Shown here: positions 1 to 22,097 of the stretch, piece by piece
Position numbering within the stretch: the stretch's first letter is position 1
Layout of the letters: every line of letters starts with the position of its first letter
Origin: Octopus vulgaris
Lineage: Eukaryota
DNA length: 64,000 nucleotides
Direction: 5' to 3'
NCBI GenBank assembly: GCA_951406725.2
Contig: OX597827.1
Coordinates: forward strand, 62,372,001 to 62,436,000
Position numbers and translations under genes: made by a program
The notes under the pieces: model-generated
Seen by the model: the letters and a program-made list of their open reading frames with translations, nothing else
What the model was told of the DNA's origin: nothing
Databases searched by the model: none

Positions 1-6
1 TGTATG

Positions 7-46
<40 letters not shown>

Positions 47-300
47 TACAACTTTGGGATTTTACCAATAGGACCACAACTTCGATTTCAGGACAACCTT
101 ATTTACTGGAGTACACTTAGAAAATTATATCCAAAATACTAATCTAATAATATAAGCATTTTAAAGCCTACTATAATATACAATAAGAATACAATACATT
201 AGAGTTAATTATAAATTATTTAAACATATTTTTAAAATATATATATATATATACCTTACCTGTTATTAGTCTGTGGGGAAAGAAGATAATATTAACCAAC

Positions 301-379
301 GCTACACGTGTTTCAGCGCTGGTGGTTTATTTTACCAGGCTGTACCTAATACATAAATCCACCAGTGCATCCTCAGGCT
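301..379 (-). ncRNA. Type I hammerhead ribozyme motif in a Penelope-like terminal-repeat fragment
   Basis: Minus strand reads gc-CTGAGGA-t-GCACTGGTGGATTTAT...ATAAACCACCAGCGC-t-GAAAC-ACGT-GTA-gc. It has the CUGANGA/GAAA core, a long stem II, a palindromic stem III (ACACGTGT) and a GUA cleavage triplet; stem I is short. Confidence 0.7.
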
Positions 380-397
380 ATTTTCCTCCTCTTATTA

Positions 398-473
<76 letters not shown>

Positions 474-515
474 CATTAACGGATCCAACCTAATCCTACA
501 AATTCTAAGACTAAA

Positions 516-561
<46 letters not shown>

Positions 562-763
562 AACGGCGGTGCATCAGCATGGCCGAAGCTTTGAGCTGAA
601 ACTAGAGTGAAAATAATATATATATAACTTTCTAATATACTTTTACAAAATTTAAAAGATTCTAAAAATTAGAAAATTATAATTTTTTTTAAAATTCATT
701 AAAATTTAATAAAAGAAAATTAAATACCTAAAAATACAATAGCGATATATATATAGAAAGTGC

Positions 764-846
764 TAGTTACGGGGACGTAAACACACCGGCATCGGTTGTC
801 AAGTGATGTTGGGGGGGGACAAACACAGACACACAAACATACACAC

Positions 847-884
<38 letters not shown>

Positions 885-886
885 AC

Positions 887-919
<33 letters not shown>

Positions 920-1044
920 CGACGGGCTTCTTTCAGTTTCCGTCTACCAAATCAACTCACAAGGCTTTGGTCGGCCCGAGGCTATAGTAGAAGACCCTCG
1001 CCCAAGGTGCCACGCAGTGGGTCTGAACCCGGAACCATGTGGTT
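764..1044 (-). mobile_element. tRNA-derived SINE family A, partial copy with internal (CA)n/(TA)n
   Basis: Reverse complement of the central part of the copy at 25629-26060. Confidence 0.85.
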
Positions 1045-1909
1045 CGTACACCAGCATTTGTTATTTTCGTACTCTCCTGTAAGCACCTTCCGATTGCGAT
1101 CTCGTACTTTATATTGCTTGGAAAATTCAGCGGCCAGTATTTCAATTAAACATTAAATTTATCAATTCTACCATTCATTGAAAACCAGCGGAGATCGTTG
1201 AAACTTCCTCTCCGTTCTTGACATCAACAATAGAAAATTAAATGAGTATTAGTGAAAGAAACCAGAACCACATGCTGTACAAATAATCTAATGTTGTTCT
1301 TTGTCAGGTAACTGTTTGCTGTTGTGTTTTACGTTAATTCACCAAGCTCAACGACCGTAGCTCTATGTGGTAGAGAGACGTGCTAGAAAAAAATCTTTAT
1401 GAAATTACGTCTTACGCTCTCTACAGTGTAACAGTGAAAAGTAACGACAGCTCTCATATAAAGTCATACTGTCACATAAGACCACTTATTCATATAAGGC
1501 TACAGCGTGAAATATCGTCACACTGTCCTATAAGATTACGCAGTCATAAGGCTATAGTGCATCAAACGTATTAAAATGTAAGATATATTAACTCTTAAAA
1601 CACTGCACTTTCTCTAGAATTACTTCCCCTCGTACTGTTCTGTTACTATAGGGAAGAAAACTCTTACGGTGACATGATGCACCTACAGCGTGCTAAAGGT
1701 TAAAATCTTTGAAGCTCTACGCTTAGACTTTAAGGTTTTAGCCGTCCCGTGGCTACAGTGGAAGACACTTGGCCAATGTTCCACGGGACTAAACTTGGAA
1801 CCAAATGGTTTTGGGAGAACTTCTTTCCACACGTCTGCACTAGCGTATATCTCTCTTACCCCTCATCTATCTCCTTCTCTCCATATGTGTGTATGTGTGT
1901 GTGTGTGAA

Positions 1910-2240
1910 GGCGCATGGCTCAGTGGTTAGAGCGTCGAGCTTACGATTGTGAGGTTGTGAGATCGAATCCCGGACTGGGATGCGTGTTGTGTTCTTGAGC
2001 AAGACACTTTATTTCACGTTGCTCCAGTTCACTCAGCTGTAAAAATGAGTTGCGACGTCACAGGTGCCAAGCTGTATCGGCCCCATTGCGTTTCCTTTGG
2101 ATAATACTGGTTGTGTGGAGAGGGGAGGCCGATATCCATGGGCGACTGCTGGTCTTCCATAAACAACCTTGTCCGGACTTGTGCCTGGGAGGAGAACTTT
2201 CTAGGTGCAATCCCACGGTCAGTCATGACCGAAGGGGGTT
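1910..2240 (+). mobile_element. tRNA-derived CORE-like SINE family B
   Basis: A-box TGGCTCAGTGG, B-box-like GATCGAATCCC, CORE-like TGTGTTCTTGAGCAAGACACTT; sister copies at 20874 and 38244. Confidence 0.85.
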
Positions 2241-2241
2241 T

Positions 2242-2289
<48 letters not shown>

Positions 2290-3038
2290 CACAAACACAA
2301 GCACAAAAACACACACACACACACACACACACACGAACTCTGCGTTCTGATTTCAAATTCTCTCAAATTCTTCATTTTACGTTTGATAAATTGTCCACAA
2401 AGCAGTTTACACATTTAAGCATCTCAGATTGTCAAAGAACTTGTCAGCAGTTTGGCAAATCGTTATTGTCCACACGAACACGTATTTATAGCTTTTCCAC
2501 ACATTCCACGTGGAAACAATCCTGTCGAAACGCAAACATATAATTAACGTGAAGTATGTGGAGGATATCTTCATTAGGGGCGGATTTACAAAATGTTCAA
2601 AAAACTGCAGAAGACCAGGAAAAAATATTTTCTCTGTTGTAATATTTAAGATAACGTGACGCGTGAGATTGAAAAATCACGTTGATCGATATGACGAGAT
2701 GAATCAGAAGCTTTATGTATTATGCCAACTCCACACTCTCTCCATGTCTCTCAAAACACACACACACATACACACATAGACATACACACACAGACATACA
2801 CACACATACACCTTTGAGTATATCTATCTATCTATTATATCCATATACCTCTCTCTCCCGCCCTATCTCCCACTCTCTCACCCTCACCCTCTCCCCTCTC
2901 TATTCCCATCCCTCTCCCTCTCCTCTCATCTCCCCTCTCCTCTCCCCTCTCCCTCTCTCTCTCCCTCTCCCTCACTCTCTCTCTATATATTATATATTCA
3001 TATATGTATATATGTACATACACTCGCACACACATTCG

Positions 3039-3084
<46 letters not shown>

Positions 3085-3124
3085 GGGTAGGTATTGACAT
3101 ACTTGTCTATGTATGTATATTCGC

Positions 3125-3156
<32 letters not shown>

Positions 3157-3231
3157 TTATGTACATATATCTATCTATTAAACTTATATATATATTCATA
3201 TGTATGTAAGCGTGTCTGTGTGTATAATATA

Positions 3232-3284
<53 letters not shown>

Positions 3285-3719
3285 TAATAATAATAATAAC
3301 AACAACAACAATAACAACAATATATTTACCAAAAGGTTCTCGAAATTCTACTCGACAACACAAAACAGCGCTACACAAAACCATAAAGAAACTAATTCAA
3401 TAAAACAAACTCCAGTTAATAAGAGATATTCAAATAAGTTTAGTAGACGAATTTACACAACAATACGCAAACAAATTTAACAAAACTAATACCATAGTCA
3501 TGTAATCGACTGAAAACAAGCAAACTATATATAAAGTATATTATTATATGAACCAAATGCACTCTGGCTGTAAAATAGATGAACACGTTGCTAAAACATT
3601 TCATTCAATACGACAAGAGAAGCGTTACACTCAGTTAAACATTGGTGTTAGTGTATTAAATAATAAATGAAAATAACGAATTTCACCTTTCATATATACA
3701 AAAGCCACAAGAAGTTTGA

Positions 3720-3866
3720 TGTGTGGCTAAGCTCGCTTTGCAGCCGCTGATTGCTGGTTTAGTTCTTGTATTCGGCACCCTGGGTAGAGTGTCTTCTACT
3801 ATAGCTCCGGGCTGACCAATGCTTTATGGGTGCGTTTGGTTGACTGCAACTGCGCAGAAGACCATC

Positions 3867-3922
<56 letters not shown>

Positions 3923-4162
3923 TAAATTAGAGATAAAACCACTATTAGGCAAGTCAAAACAGAAATAAAATTAATTAATAAAAATATACAAAATATTTTG
4001 TATATTTTATTACTTAATTTTATTTCTATGTTTTGGTTTATGTTTTTCACTGTTTGATTTGCCTAATAGTGGTTTTAATCTCTGATTTAATTTATATTTA
4101 TACTGTAAAATTGGATTTAATCCTAAATCTAATTTTTCCCTAAAACATTTTTAAGGATTTAA

Positions 4163-4209
<47 letters not shown>

Positions 4210-4450
4210 TGTGTGTGTGTGTTGTGGATGTGTGTATGTATGTATGTGTAAGTGTGACTTTGTGGTTGTGCTCCCCCCACATCACCAGTTTACAACTGCT
4301 GTTGGTTTCTTCAGCTCCCCGTGACCTAGCGGTTCAGCAAAGTTACCGATAGAATATGTACTAGACTGGAAATCATTACTAGGGTCGATTTTTTCGACTA
4401 CATTCTCCATGGCAGTGCCACACCATGGATTCAAGCAATTACAAGTAAAA
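3720..4450 (+). mobile_element. Old SINE family A copy split by a fold-back insertion in its internal (TA)n
   Basis: Head 3720-3870 and tail 4265-4450 are diverged matches to family A; 3914-4165 is unrelated sequence. Confidence 0.65.
3914..4165. repeat. Imperfect fold-back inverted repeat, probably Penelope-like terminal-repeat derived
   Basis: ATTAAATTAGAGATAAAACCACTATTAGGCAA versus TTGCCTAATAGTGGTTTTAATCTCTGATTTAAT, with central palindrome ATATACAAAATATTTTGTATAT. The same sequence occurs near 36390-36425, downstream of a truncated hammerhead. Confidence 0.65.
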
Positions 4451-5174
4451 GTGTGTGCGTTTGTGTGTACACATACATACACGCACATATACACTCACAC
4501 ACACATACACATGTATGCATACATATATGCTTACATTCCGATTGGTTCAAGAGGCCTGGCGCGAGGGGTGGAATTTTGGCACATTTAAAAGTAATGATGT
4601 AATACATTAAATGCGAATAAATTGCTGTGCTATTGAAACATTTGTGACATGTTGAACGGACATTATCTATTCATATACATTTATTATGTATGCGTTTATG
4701 TATGTATGTATGTATTTATGCATGTATGTATGTCAAATTATGACACTTTCAGATGATTTGTATAAGTTATAGACGTATATGTAGGCCAGCGGCTATTAAA
4801 TTTCATTGGTCTAAATTTTACATTAGATATTCAGTTAACACTCTATCTCGTAGTCAGTCTATGAGGCTATTGAAGCTCATTATATTACAAAGCACAGAAG
4901 AAATCCCGATAGAGCAAAACACCTCACTGGTTGATAAGTCAACTCAATATATAAAGATTAGAATAACAACTAGAGCTTACCTAACATAGACAAAATGTCA
5001 TTTATATTACGTGGGCAGCATAGTCTTTCATACTGACAACTGTACTCGACTGGTAGCTTTTGATGACTCTCAGATGATAAAAGACAAATCGAGCCTATTC
5101 TGTTGGTTTTCCTTCATTTTTTTATCTATCTTACCACCTTTGCTTTCTTTGCAACGAGGCGCTCTTTCAGATGA

Positions 5175-5276
5175 TTACCACTTTTAGGCCCTTTCTTTCA
5201 ATATACTTTTACCACTTTTAGGCCCTTTCTTTCAATATACTTTTACCACTTTTAGGCCCTTTCTTTCAATATACTT
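5175..5276. repeat. Tandem repeat, 3 x 34 bp
   Basis: TTACCACTTTTAGGCCCTTTCTTTCAATATACTT starts at 5175, 5209 and 5243. Confidence 0.95.
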
Positions 5277-5531
5277 CCTGTTCAGTGCCCTGTGTTTTTG
5301 TTCGCCTTTAAGCTTCCACTTCTCTTTTCGGTCTAACACACAAATGTCCTTCGAGATCATATCTAACCCCGCCTGTTTATACATTAATTAATGTTATTTT
5401 GAAATATTTAAATGTGTTCCTGTAAAACTGGGGTGTATACGTAATTAATTAGTTTACGTACTTACGTGTTTGTGATGTATACTTACTCGGATATAGTCCA
5501 GTTATACTGTAATAATAATAATAATAATAAC

Positions 5532-5587
<56 letters not shown>

Positions 5588-5725
5588 GAATAATAAGAAT
5601 AATAAGAATAAGAAGAAGAAGAAGACGTTCACTTCACATCTATCTGGATCCTGGTTCGATACTACAACGAATGATATGAACACCAAGAAGAAAAGAACAA
5701 CAACAACAACAACAACAATAACAAC

Positions 5726-5781
<56 letters not shown>

Positions 5782-5929
5782 TCTTAACTGATTGGAAGTG
5801 TTATCATGTACATTGTTTTGTCTTGGTATAAAAGATGGGCTACAGTAAATATTCTGCTCAATACCACAGTTATCCATAGGCCCCCGGCTTGAAAGTATTC
5901 CGGTAAAAATCAATTAACTGATCCCACCA

Positions 5930-6203
5930 AAGTCAGACATACAAATACTTAGGATTCAATGAACTAAATACAGTAGAGCACACACAAATGAATGATAAGA
6001 AAGAAATACTACAGACGAATAGATCAATACTTAATACAGAGCTCAATGCGAAAAACAAGACAATACGTATCTACACTCTAACCGTTCCAGTTATTAATTA
6101 CAACTAAAATATTCTTAATTGAACTCTAAATGAACTAGCGAAACTAGAGGGGAAAACAAGAAAAATAATGACAGAATTGAAGATGCACCACCCAAATTCT
6201 GAC
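5930..6203 (+). pseudogene. Degraded R4/Dong-like LINE reverse transcriptase fragment (domain 7/thumb)
   Basis: Translates, with stops and frameshifts, as QTYKYLGFNE...YYRR...ILNTELNAKNK...VPVINYN*NILN*TLNELAKLEGKTRKIMTELKMHHPNSD; this aligns by eye with the start of the LINE ORF at 53662 (VTYSYNVLNW...RMHHPKAD). Confidence 0.75.
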
Positions 6204-6404
6204 ATGTGTGGTCCCTCAAAGTTCAAGGCACCCTGTGTGATATCCGGTGGAAATTAATTGATGATCCGAGCCCGTATATTAAAGATCTACATCGCGGAGA
6301 GAACTAAAATTCTTAAATAGTATAAGAAACCTGGCGCATTAAACAGCCGTAAAGAAGTGTTTTCTAAATGTATCCACTTCAAGCGCTACTTACTAGAAAA
6401 TTAG
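6202..6404 (+). pseudogene. Penelope-like element GIY-YIG endonuclease C-terminal fragment
   Basis: HVWSLKVQGTLCDIRWKLIDDPSPY / AERTKILK*YKKPGALNSRKEVFSKCIHFKRYLLEN* follows the PLE C-terminal pattern (W.LK...I.W....E+..IL....LN.R.E...C.H...LL) and is followed by a hammerhead-bearing terminal repeat. Confidence 0.75.
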
Positions 6405-6555
6405 ATCTCCTCGTTTGTTCGTTAGGCCTCTCCGAGTCTATAAAGGGTTTCCCCTCTTCTTAATGGGAAATAACCCGTCCTCATTAACGCTTTTTTTGTA
6501 TTCCTCGACTTGTTTTCTCACGTCTGCAACGTAAATATTTTAAAATTTTGTTTTC

Positions 6556-6625
6556 ATATGGAGTCTGACGAGCTGTCCACAAGGCTTTGGCTTTGTGGTT
6601 GCGAAACCTTGGCTAACTCTATATA
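6556..6625 (+). ncRNA. Type I hammerhead ribozyme motif in a Penelope terminal repeat
   Basis: ATATGGAGT-CTGACGA-GC..CCACAA..TTGTGG..GC-GAAACC-TT-GG-C-TA-ACTCTATAT: 9-bp stem I (one G-U pair), canonical core, one extra C next to the cleavage triplet. Confidence 0.75.
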
Positions 6626-7678
6626 ATATTTTGTTGTAATATATATGTATACGTTGATTGATTCATAGATACCTAAATACACGAACTGGCATGCACATCT
6701 GCCCATCTGTATATTTTACCTTAAAATTTAATACAAGAACACGGAAAAATGAATAAAAACAAGGTGCACTTATTAGTTTGACACTCAATGGAAAATTAGG
6801 AACATAGTAATGACAGTGATGCTTCGAGGTTACATACTTCAGAAATTTAGGAAAAGGAAAAGGCGCGAAGCAAAGAAAACCACCCGCGTGTAACGGCATC
6901 AAATTTTATTTTAGTGTCAAGAAATGTCCAAAACGATCGAACTCATTTGACCAACAGTGAAAAGACAGAATGCAGTTTGATACGTCAGATCCACAATAAA
7001 TAGTCTTATTCACACAAAATTCATTGAAAGAATGGTAGAAACGATTTCGTAAAAGAGTTTCACCCATCAGCTATCTGTAACATGATTCTGAAGAAGTTAG
7101 ACGTGTGACCAGAAATACTACGTAATATTGTCACTTTAAATGAAGCTAACACAAATATCAGGCGCTAATTAGTCTGAAATACAATTCATAATTACGTTAG
7201 CATCAATACGTGTATTTTCAAAAATATTTTCTGTACGTAGTTTCACATGTGTCTTAGTTGAGATTTTTTTATTACGGCTTTGCTTAATACATCGAGCACT
7301 CTGTTAGTATAACATAAATATATATATGTTGTGAAAGATATTGGGTACTATAATATGTATGTATTTATGTATGTATGTATGTATGTATGTATGTATGTAT
7401 GTATGTATGTATGTATGTATGTATGTATGTGTGTATGTATGTATGTGTTTATGTATGTATGTATGTATGTATGTATGTATGTATGTATGTATGTTTGTAT
7501 GTATGTATGTATGTATGTATGTATGTATATATATATGTATATATAAGTTCAGTAAAATTTAGATTCAGATGAATATGGTACTTAAGTTGAAGGCACCAGA
7601 ATTTAGTATGGTATTATCCAAATAAATTTTAAATAAGGTGACTATAATCAAAATAAGCAACAAAGATATCCAGGGGTA

Positions 7679-7767
7679 ATGCAGTACGATCGTTTCATGC
7701 GGCTCCATTTAATTGAACAATGCAAACATTACATCAATTTAAAATGTAGAGCAATCTACAGCTGCAT
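7679..7767 (-). ncRNA. Hammerhead ribozyme motif with variant core CUGUAGA
   Basis: Minus strand: ATGCAG-CTGTAGA-ttGCTC...GAGCcgcat-GAAAC-GATC-GTA-CTGCAT; perfect 6-bp stem I and palindromic stem III ACGATCGT. Neighbouring 7643-7672 is inverted at about 7854-7884. Confidence 0.65.
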
Positions 7768-7889
7768 AAAAATATAGAATTTAGTTAAATTCGAAGGACT
7801 CATTTGTATAATTTTTTTTATCGAAAATTACCAACATCACAGTTGTAACTCCGCTGGATATCCTTGTTGCTTATTTTGATTATATATAT

Positions 7890-8112
7890 ATTTTTCTTTT
7901 CTCTCCTTTTTTCTCTCCTTTTTTCCGTCCTTTTTTCTCTCCCATTTTCTCTCCTTGTTTCTCTCGTTGTTTTTTCTGTGTCCCTTTCTGTAGAAGAGCG
8001 TAGGCTCGAAACGTAAAATACTTTTTCTATTCCTGAGCGTTATACTAATACATCTGTTTGTTTTGTACACCACCACCAGTCTTCGTCTTTTGTTTTTTTC
8101 GTAAACTCTCCC

Positions 8113-8113
<1 letters not shown>
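7890..8113 (+). mobile_element. Penelope-like terminal-repeat fragment with minimal hammerhead at 7985-8018
   Basis: TTT-CTGTAGA-A-GAGC-GTAG-GCTC-GAAAC-GTA-AAA; same family at 29757-29840 (-) and 44775-44985 (-); lies between (TA)n tracts. Confidence 0.65.
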
Positions 8114-16830
<8,717 letters not shown>

Positions 16831-17085
16831 GTGTATGTTTGTGAATCGGTGTTTTCAAAGCGAAACCATGGTTCGCTTTGTTCTCTAACTTTATTATCAT
16901 CTTATAATCATCTCATAATAATGACTTTTATAACTTTTATTACTACCTCAGTCCATCTAAATGTATATATTTGTCGTTACCTGTCATAAATAGCCTTTTT
17001 TTATTTGCAATGTGCATTTTCGTTGATTTTTCATATTTTACCCTTACATTTCCACGTGTATTTTATATTTTCTTTTTGTAACATA

Positions 17086-17440
17086 TTTCAAACTCCGCCG
17101 AGGTCGACTTTGCCTGTCATCTTTTCGGGGTCGATTAAATAAGTACCAGTTACGCACTGGTGTCGATGTAATCGACTTAATTCCTTTGTCTGTCCATGTT
17201 TGTCCTGTCTATGTTTAGCCCCTTGTCGGCAATAAAGAAATAAGAAACTTTAACGCGCCGGGCAAAATGCCTAGCGGTATTTACTGTCTCTACGTCTGAG
17301 TTCAAATTCCGCCGGGGTCGACTTTGTCTTTCATCTTTTCGGGGTCGATAAATTAAGTAACAGTTGCGTATTGGTGTCGATCTAATCGACTGGCCCCCTC
17401 ACTCAAAATTTCAGGCCTTGTGCCTAGAGTAGAAAAGGAT
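17086..17440 (+). mobile_element. SINE family D, dimeric form
   Basis: Two units of TTCAAATTCCGCCGAGGTCGACTTTGCC...GGGGTCGAT, ending GGCCTTGTGCCTAGAGTAGAAAAG. Confidence 0.85.
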
Positions 17441-17453
17441 GTCGAGGTATCAA

Positions 17454-17539
17454 TGCATTACGGCCGTTTAAGCGGCTCCATGTAATCGATCAATGAAAAC
17501 ATTACATGAATATGAAAGAAACCGCTCTCCTCAGAAGCA
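17454..17539 (-). ncRNA. Degenerate hammerhead motif related to the 7679 copy
   Basis: Minus strand: TGCTT-CTGAGGA-GAGCGG...CATGTAAT..ATTACATG..CCGCT-TAAAC-GGCC-GTA-ATGCA; G12 is missing or mutated. Confidence 0.55.
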
Positions 17540-18646
17540 GATGTCCATATAGAATTCCAACATAAAGGATAAACCATTTTTAGCGTACAAACGTGCATAC
17601 GCAAATATGATTCAACAGAGATATACCTATATATACATACAATTACATGTAAGTACACTTTTTCAACTCTTTCTCCCCCCTCTCTCTGATATTCCTTTGC
17701 CTTTCTTATTCACTTTTCACTTCACTATGTCCCTGTCTCTCACTTTTTTCTTGCCACTCCTTGATTCTTCCGTCTATCTACTTCTACACACTCCCTCTCG
17801 CTCTCTCTCTCTCTTCTCTTCTCACGTGACCGTTGGCCGACTGCTAGCCCTTTTGCGCCTGAGCACGGTCACTGCCATATCGATATTCTTCCCTCTGCCG
17901 TAAGGCGCCATTTCCACACACGCCAGTGGAATTCAATTCGTCTCCAGTCGAAAGACGCCTGTTGTTTATGTCCTGTTATATTTATTATTATTATTTTTAT
18001 TGTATATGTGTATTTATATTCGTGTAACCTCGTCTGTTTTTCCGTCCTTGTTTTCGTATACATTCGATGATTTTTTTTCCAAGGAATCTAATGCTCTTAG
18101 CTTAGTTTTTCCTTCGAGCTGGCCAGATTGGAGCAATCTCAAGATTAATCAACCGAAATTGCAAGGGTGATCCAGTTTTTTGACTGAAGATAAAAGGCTT
18201 CGAATGACCCGCCCTTGTTTTTTTGTATCGTCTATCTGGATGTTTTGTGGTCCCTTTTTGTATCAGCGGTGTGGCGTCATTTGGCGGCTAAAACAATGCA
18301 AAGTGCATTGTGACCAGCGATGTGTAACAACACCTGATAGCCTGGCCGATCAAGTGATCTATCTATCGATCATCTATGTATGTATGTATGTATGTATGTA
18401 TGTATGTATGTATGTATGTATGTATGTATGTATCTATCTATCTATCTATCTATATATCTATCTATCTATATATCTCTCTCTCTATATATTTATATATAAT
18501 ACGCATACACACGTACACACATATACACCTGTACGTCTGTAGGTATGTATTCGTCTGAACGTTACAGCTGATACACCCGCTAATACAGAAATATAAACTA
18601 CATACAGTCACAGGTACAAGCAAGGAATACATTTATTCATCCATAC

Positions 18647-18719
<73 letters not shown>

Positions 18720-20873
18720 TACATACATACATACATACATGCATACATACATACATACATATATATATATATATGTATATATTTACACACACACACACAT
18801 GTACATATATAAATACACATACATACGTAAATATATACTTTTATGTACAAATGAAAATATAATTACATTATACGTGATGCACAGTTTATATTAAGATTCT
18901 GTTGACGCTTCAGTGTTTAGATAAACGAGATATCTGCACTACGTGTGTTCGTCGAGCGACTAAGTGAAATGAACTGGAAAGACCGGTTCTATAGTCAGTA
19001 CATGATGTGAAATCATTTGCTCGTGTTGAAGAGGGTAGGGTGTTAGTTTGTAATGCATCCTTATAGATAAAGTTACTGTTGCTGGCTTTGTGTACAGCTC
19101 TGTAGGAGAGAGCTTTATGATTTGATGTGCGCTGCTGACTACATAAAGCAACAATGCAATGATTACACCGTGTTGAATGTGATGAATATGTCCGTCCCAT
19201 AGGTATTTCTGTTTGGTGGGAGTTGCCTCTAACGAATGGTGTCTGAAGACTGTAGATAGAAATGGTCTCAAATCGCAAGCTCATCAAAATTCGCTGTTTT
19301 ACGTACTGGAATATTTCATTGAAACAAAAGTAAACTTTCGTGGGATAGCTTTGTCCAAAATATAACAGACTATTGGGACAAACACGGATATATTGTACCC
19401 AAGTTTTCCAACGAATGACGACAAAAATGTGGAATTCTTATTGTCGTTGGATACGAATGAATATAAATGTAGGTTGTATCACTAGCTAAATGTGTTTGAG
19501 GAAAGTCCTGTATAATTCCTGAAAATACGATCTGAAGGTTAATGATTTCTTAATCTACATCGTTAATTTGGAGAGAGGCCATTCATTTGAACATGTAGAC
19601 AGAAGCATTTCATTCGTTACAATTTTTTGGTATGTGAGAGCTCTCTGACAGTTTTTGAGAGACAATATAGAAGCAATATTTTTGATTGAACCCCAGAGAG
19701 TACATTTCCGTCAAAGCCACGCCTATTATAGCGATTCATTTCGAAGAGAAGTGCTTATAGCGGGCGTCTGTCAGCAGAAGAGGCAACCACTCCAAAATAT
19801 TGAAGAGACACAAAAACCTGACACAAATTCCTTTTGAATACGAACGGAAACAAAAACGCAGTTCATATTGTCTGGACAAGAATGGCTGTCGTTTATATAA
19901 TTTAAGTCGAAGAGCTTCTGTTTTAGCATTGATGTAAAGCATCATAAAATGTTCATGTTTAAGTACAAGATTAAATAAAATAGGAAAATGAATCCGTGCT
20001 GATTTCCCCTTCCTAGTTCTGCTGATGAAATAGAGAAAAGTTCAGTGTATACAAGATTCTTTCTAAAGCTAATCCTTGCAATGTATCCTTGTAATAGTTG
20101 GCCATCCTCTGTATATTTCTGCCGCGAAATCAACGTATTCCACTTACAAGATTCGTAATTTTAGGCGGAGTATGGTTCGATTTATTAAGCTTGTGCATGA
20201 CTTCTTCGTTAGGCTTTCTACATAGGTAGTGTTAGCCTTGTGTAAGACTGACACTGTATCTAAAAGTAGGACCCTGGTTCAGAAGTTCCTGGGCTGTGAG
20301 GAATGCCATACCACCTCTTAGCTACTGTATTTCTCACGTCTACTGTAACCAGAGTATTAGCATCTGCCAGGCCTCTACTATATATTAATTAGCAAGTCAG
20401 TCCAGCAGATGGAGCTTGTTAGCCATATAAGGGTTGGTGTACCGGAAAAAGTGTAGAGATTCTCCTCATAGGACATTTCAAAAGTTGTTGAACATTTCTT
20501 CGAATTACGTTGTATTATACACAAATATGCAAATGGAACTACCTACTACGACAAGAGCCCAATTTAGACCTGCTTTAAACATTAGCTTAATATTTTATGC
20601 TGTTGGTGGGGAAAGAAACTGGTACGACTTCTCTGAGGAGTGAACAACAAACCGCGAGACAGTTGTTCAGGAAACTCCATGCCTTGTTTTTGAATATGAA
20701 ATTCAAGAATGTGCTCACATTCTTATTTACCTCACAGTAAGATTTCATCACACACACTCACATACACGTGTGCGCAAAAATACATACACATGTATGTATA
20801 AATATATACATATATCTGTATATGTGCATGCATGTATTTATGTATTGTTTTATACATGTGTATGCTTGTGTAT

Positions 20874-21142
20874 ATGGCTCGGTAGTTAGAACGTTGAGCT
20901 TAAGATCGTGAGGTTGTGAGTTCGAATCCCGGACCGGGCTGCGTGTTGTGTTGTTGAGCAAGGCACTTTATTTCACGTTGCTCCAGTTCACTCAGCTGTA
21001 GAAATGAGTTGCGACGTCACAGGTGCCAAGCTGTATCTGCCCCTTTGCCTTTCCCTTGGATAACACTGGTGGCGTGGAGAGAGGAGACCGGTATGCATGG
21101 GGGACTGCTGGTCTTCCATAAAACAACCTTGCCCGGACTTGT
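20874..21142 (+). mobile_element. SINE family B
   Basis: Matches 1910-2240; B-box GTTCGAATCCC. Confidence 0.85.
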
Positions 21143-21520
21143 CATGGCCCGGACGTCTCATGGTATATGTCGTAACCGAAGGAGGTCTCAGATATCTATG
21201 TACGTAGATTTACACACGCATATGTTATACATATCATTGTCTATAGTATTCATGCATATTGTACATTGAAAAGCATTCATATATACTTACTCACAACGAG
21301 TAACAGGTACACAGTCGTGTGTAAGAGTTAAAGGGAAGAGTAACAGTGACGAATGGTGAAAGTGGGAGAGATAGAAAGATAGAGAGAGCGGGAGAGGGGG
21401 GTAGAAAGAGAGCTATGCAAACGAGTGTAAGCGAAAAAGAGTGATGGAGAGTCATGTAGATGATAGATAAATTAAGCTTATGCAGACGACACACTAAGTT
21501 GCACAGACATCTAGATAGAG

Positions 21521-21570
<50 letters not shown>

Positions 21571-21747
21571 CAGAGAGAGAGACAGATATATAGATTGATA
21601 GATAAATAGATAGAGAGAGAGAGAAAGAGAGCGAGAGAGGGGGAGAGGATGAGAGAGAGAGAGAGAAGAAGGGGAAGGCATCGTGAATGATAAAAGGAAA
21701 ATATTGGGGATATAGATAACTGAAATAGAAGAATGTATTTAGAGAGC

Positions 21748-21789
<42 letters not shown>

Positions 21790-21839
21790 GGGAGAAAAGA
21801 AACCGAGTAAATGTTTGAAAGAGAGAAAGAATGAAAGAA

Positions 21840-21880
<41 letters not shown>

Positions 21881-22026
21881 CGAGACAGAGACTGAGATAA
21901 ATGAATGTACAAAGAGGGAAAATTTTATTGAGTTCATGTGTGTGTGTCTGTGTGTTTGCGTGCGTGTGTTTCTATATGTATATTATATATATGTATATAT
22001 ATATATATATTATATATTATATATAT

Positions 22027-22084
<58 letters not shown>

Positions 22085-22097
22085 TTCCTTCTCCTAT

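Noticed and set aside
18910-19945. Unique stretch as a decayed C2H2 zinc-finger or other gene
   Set aside because: No intact Cys/His spacing or recognisable motif in any frame examined.
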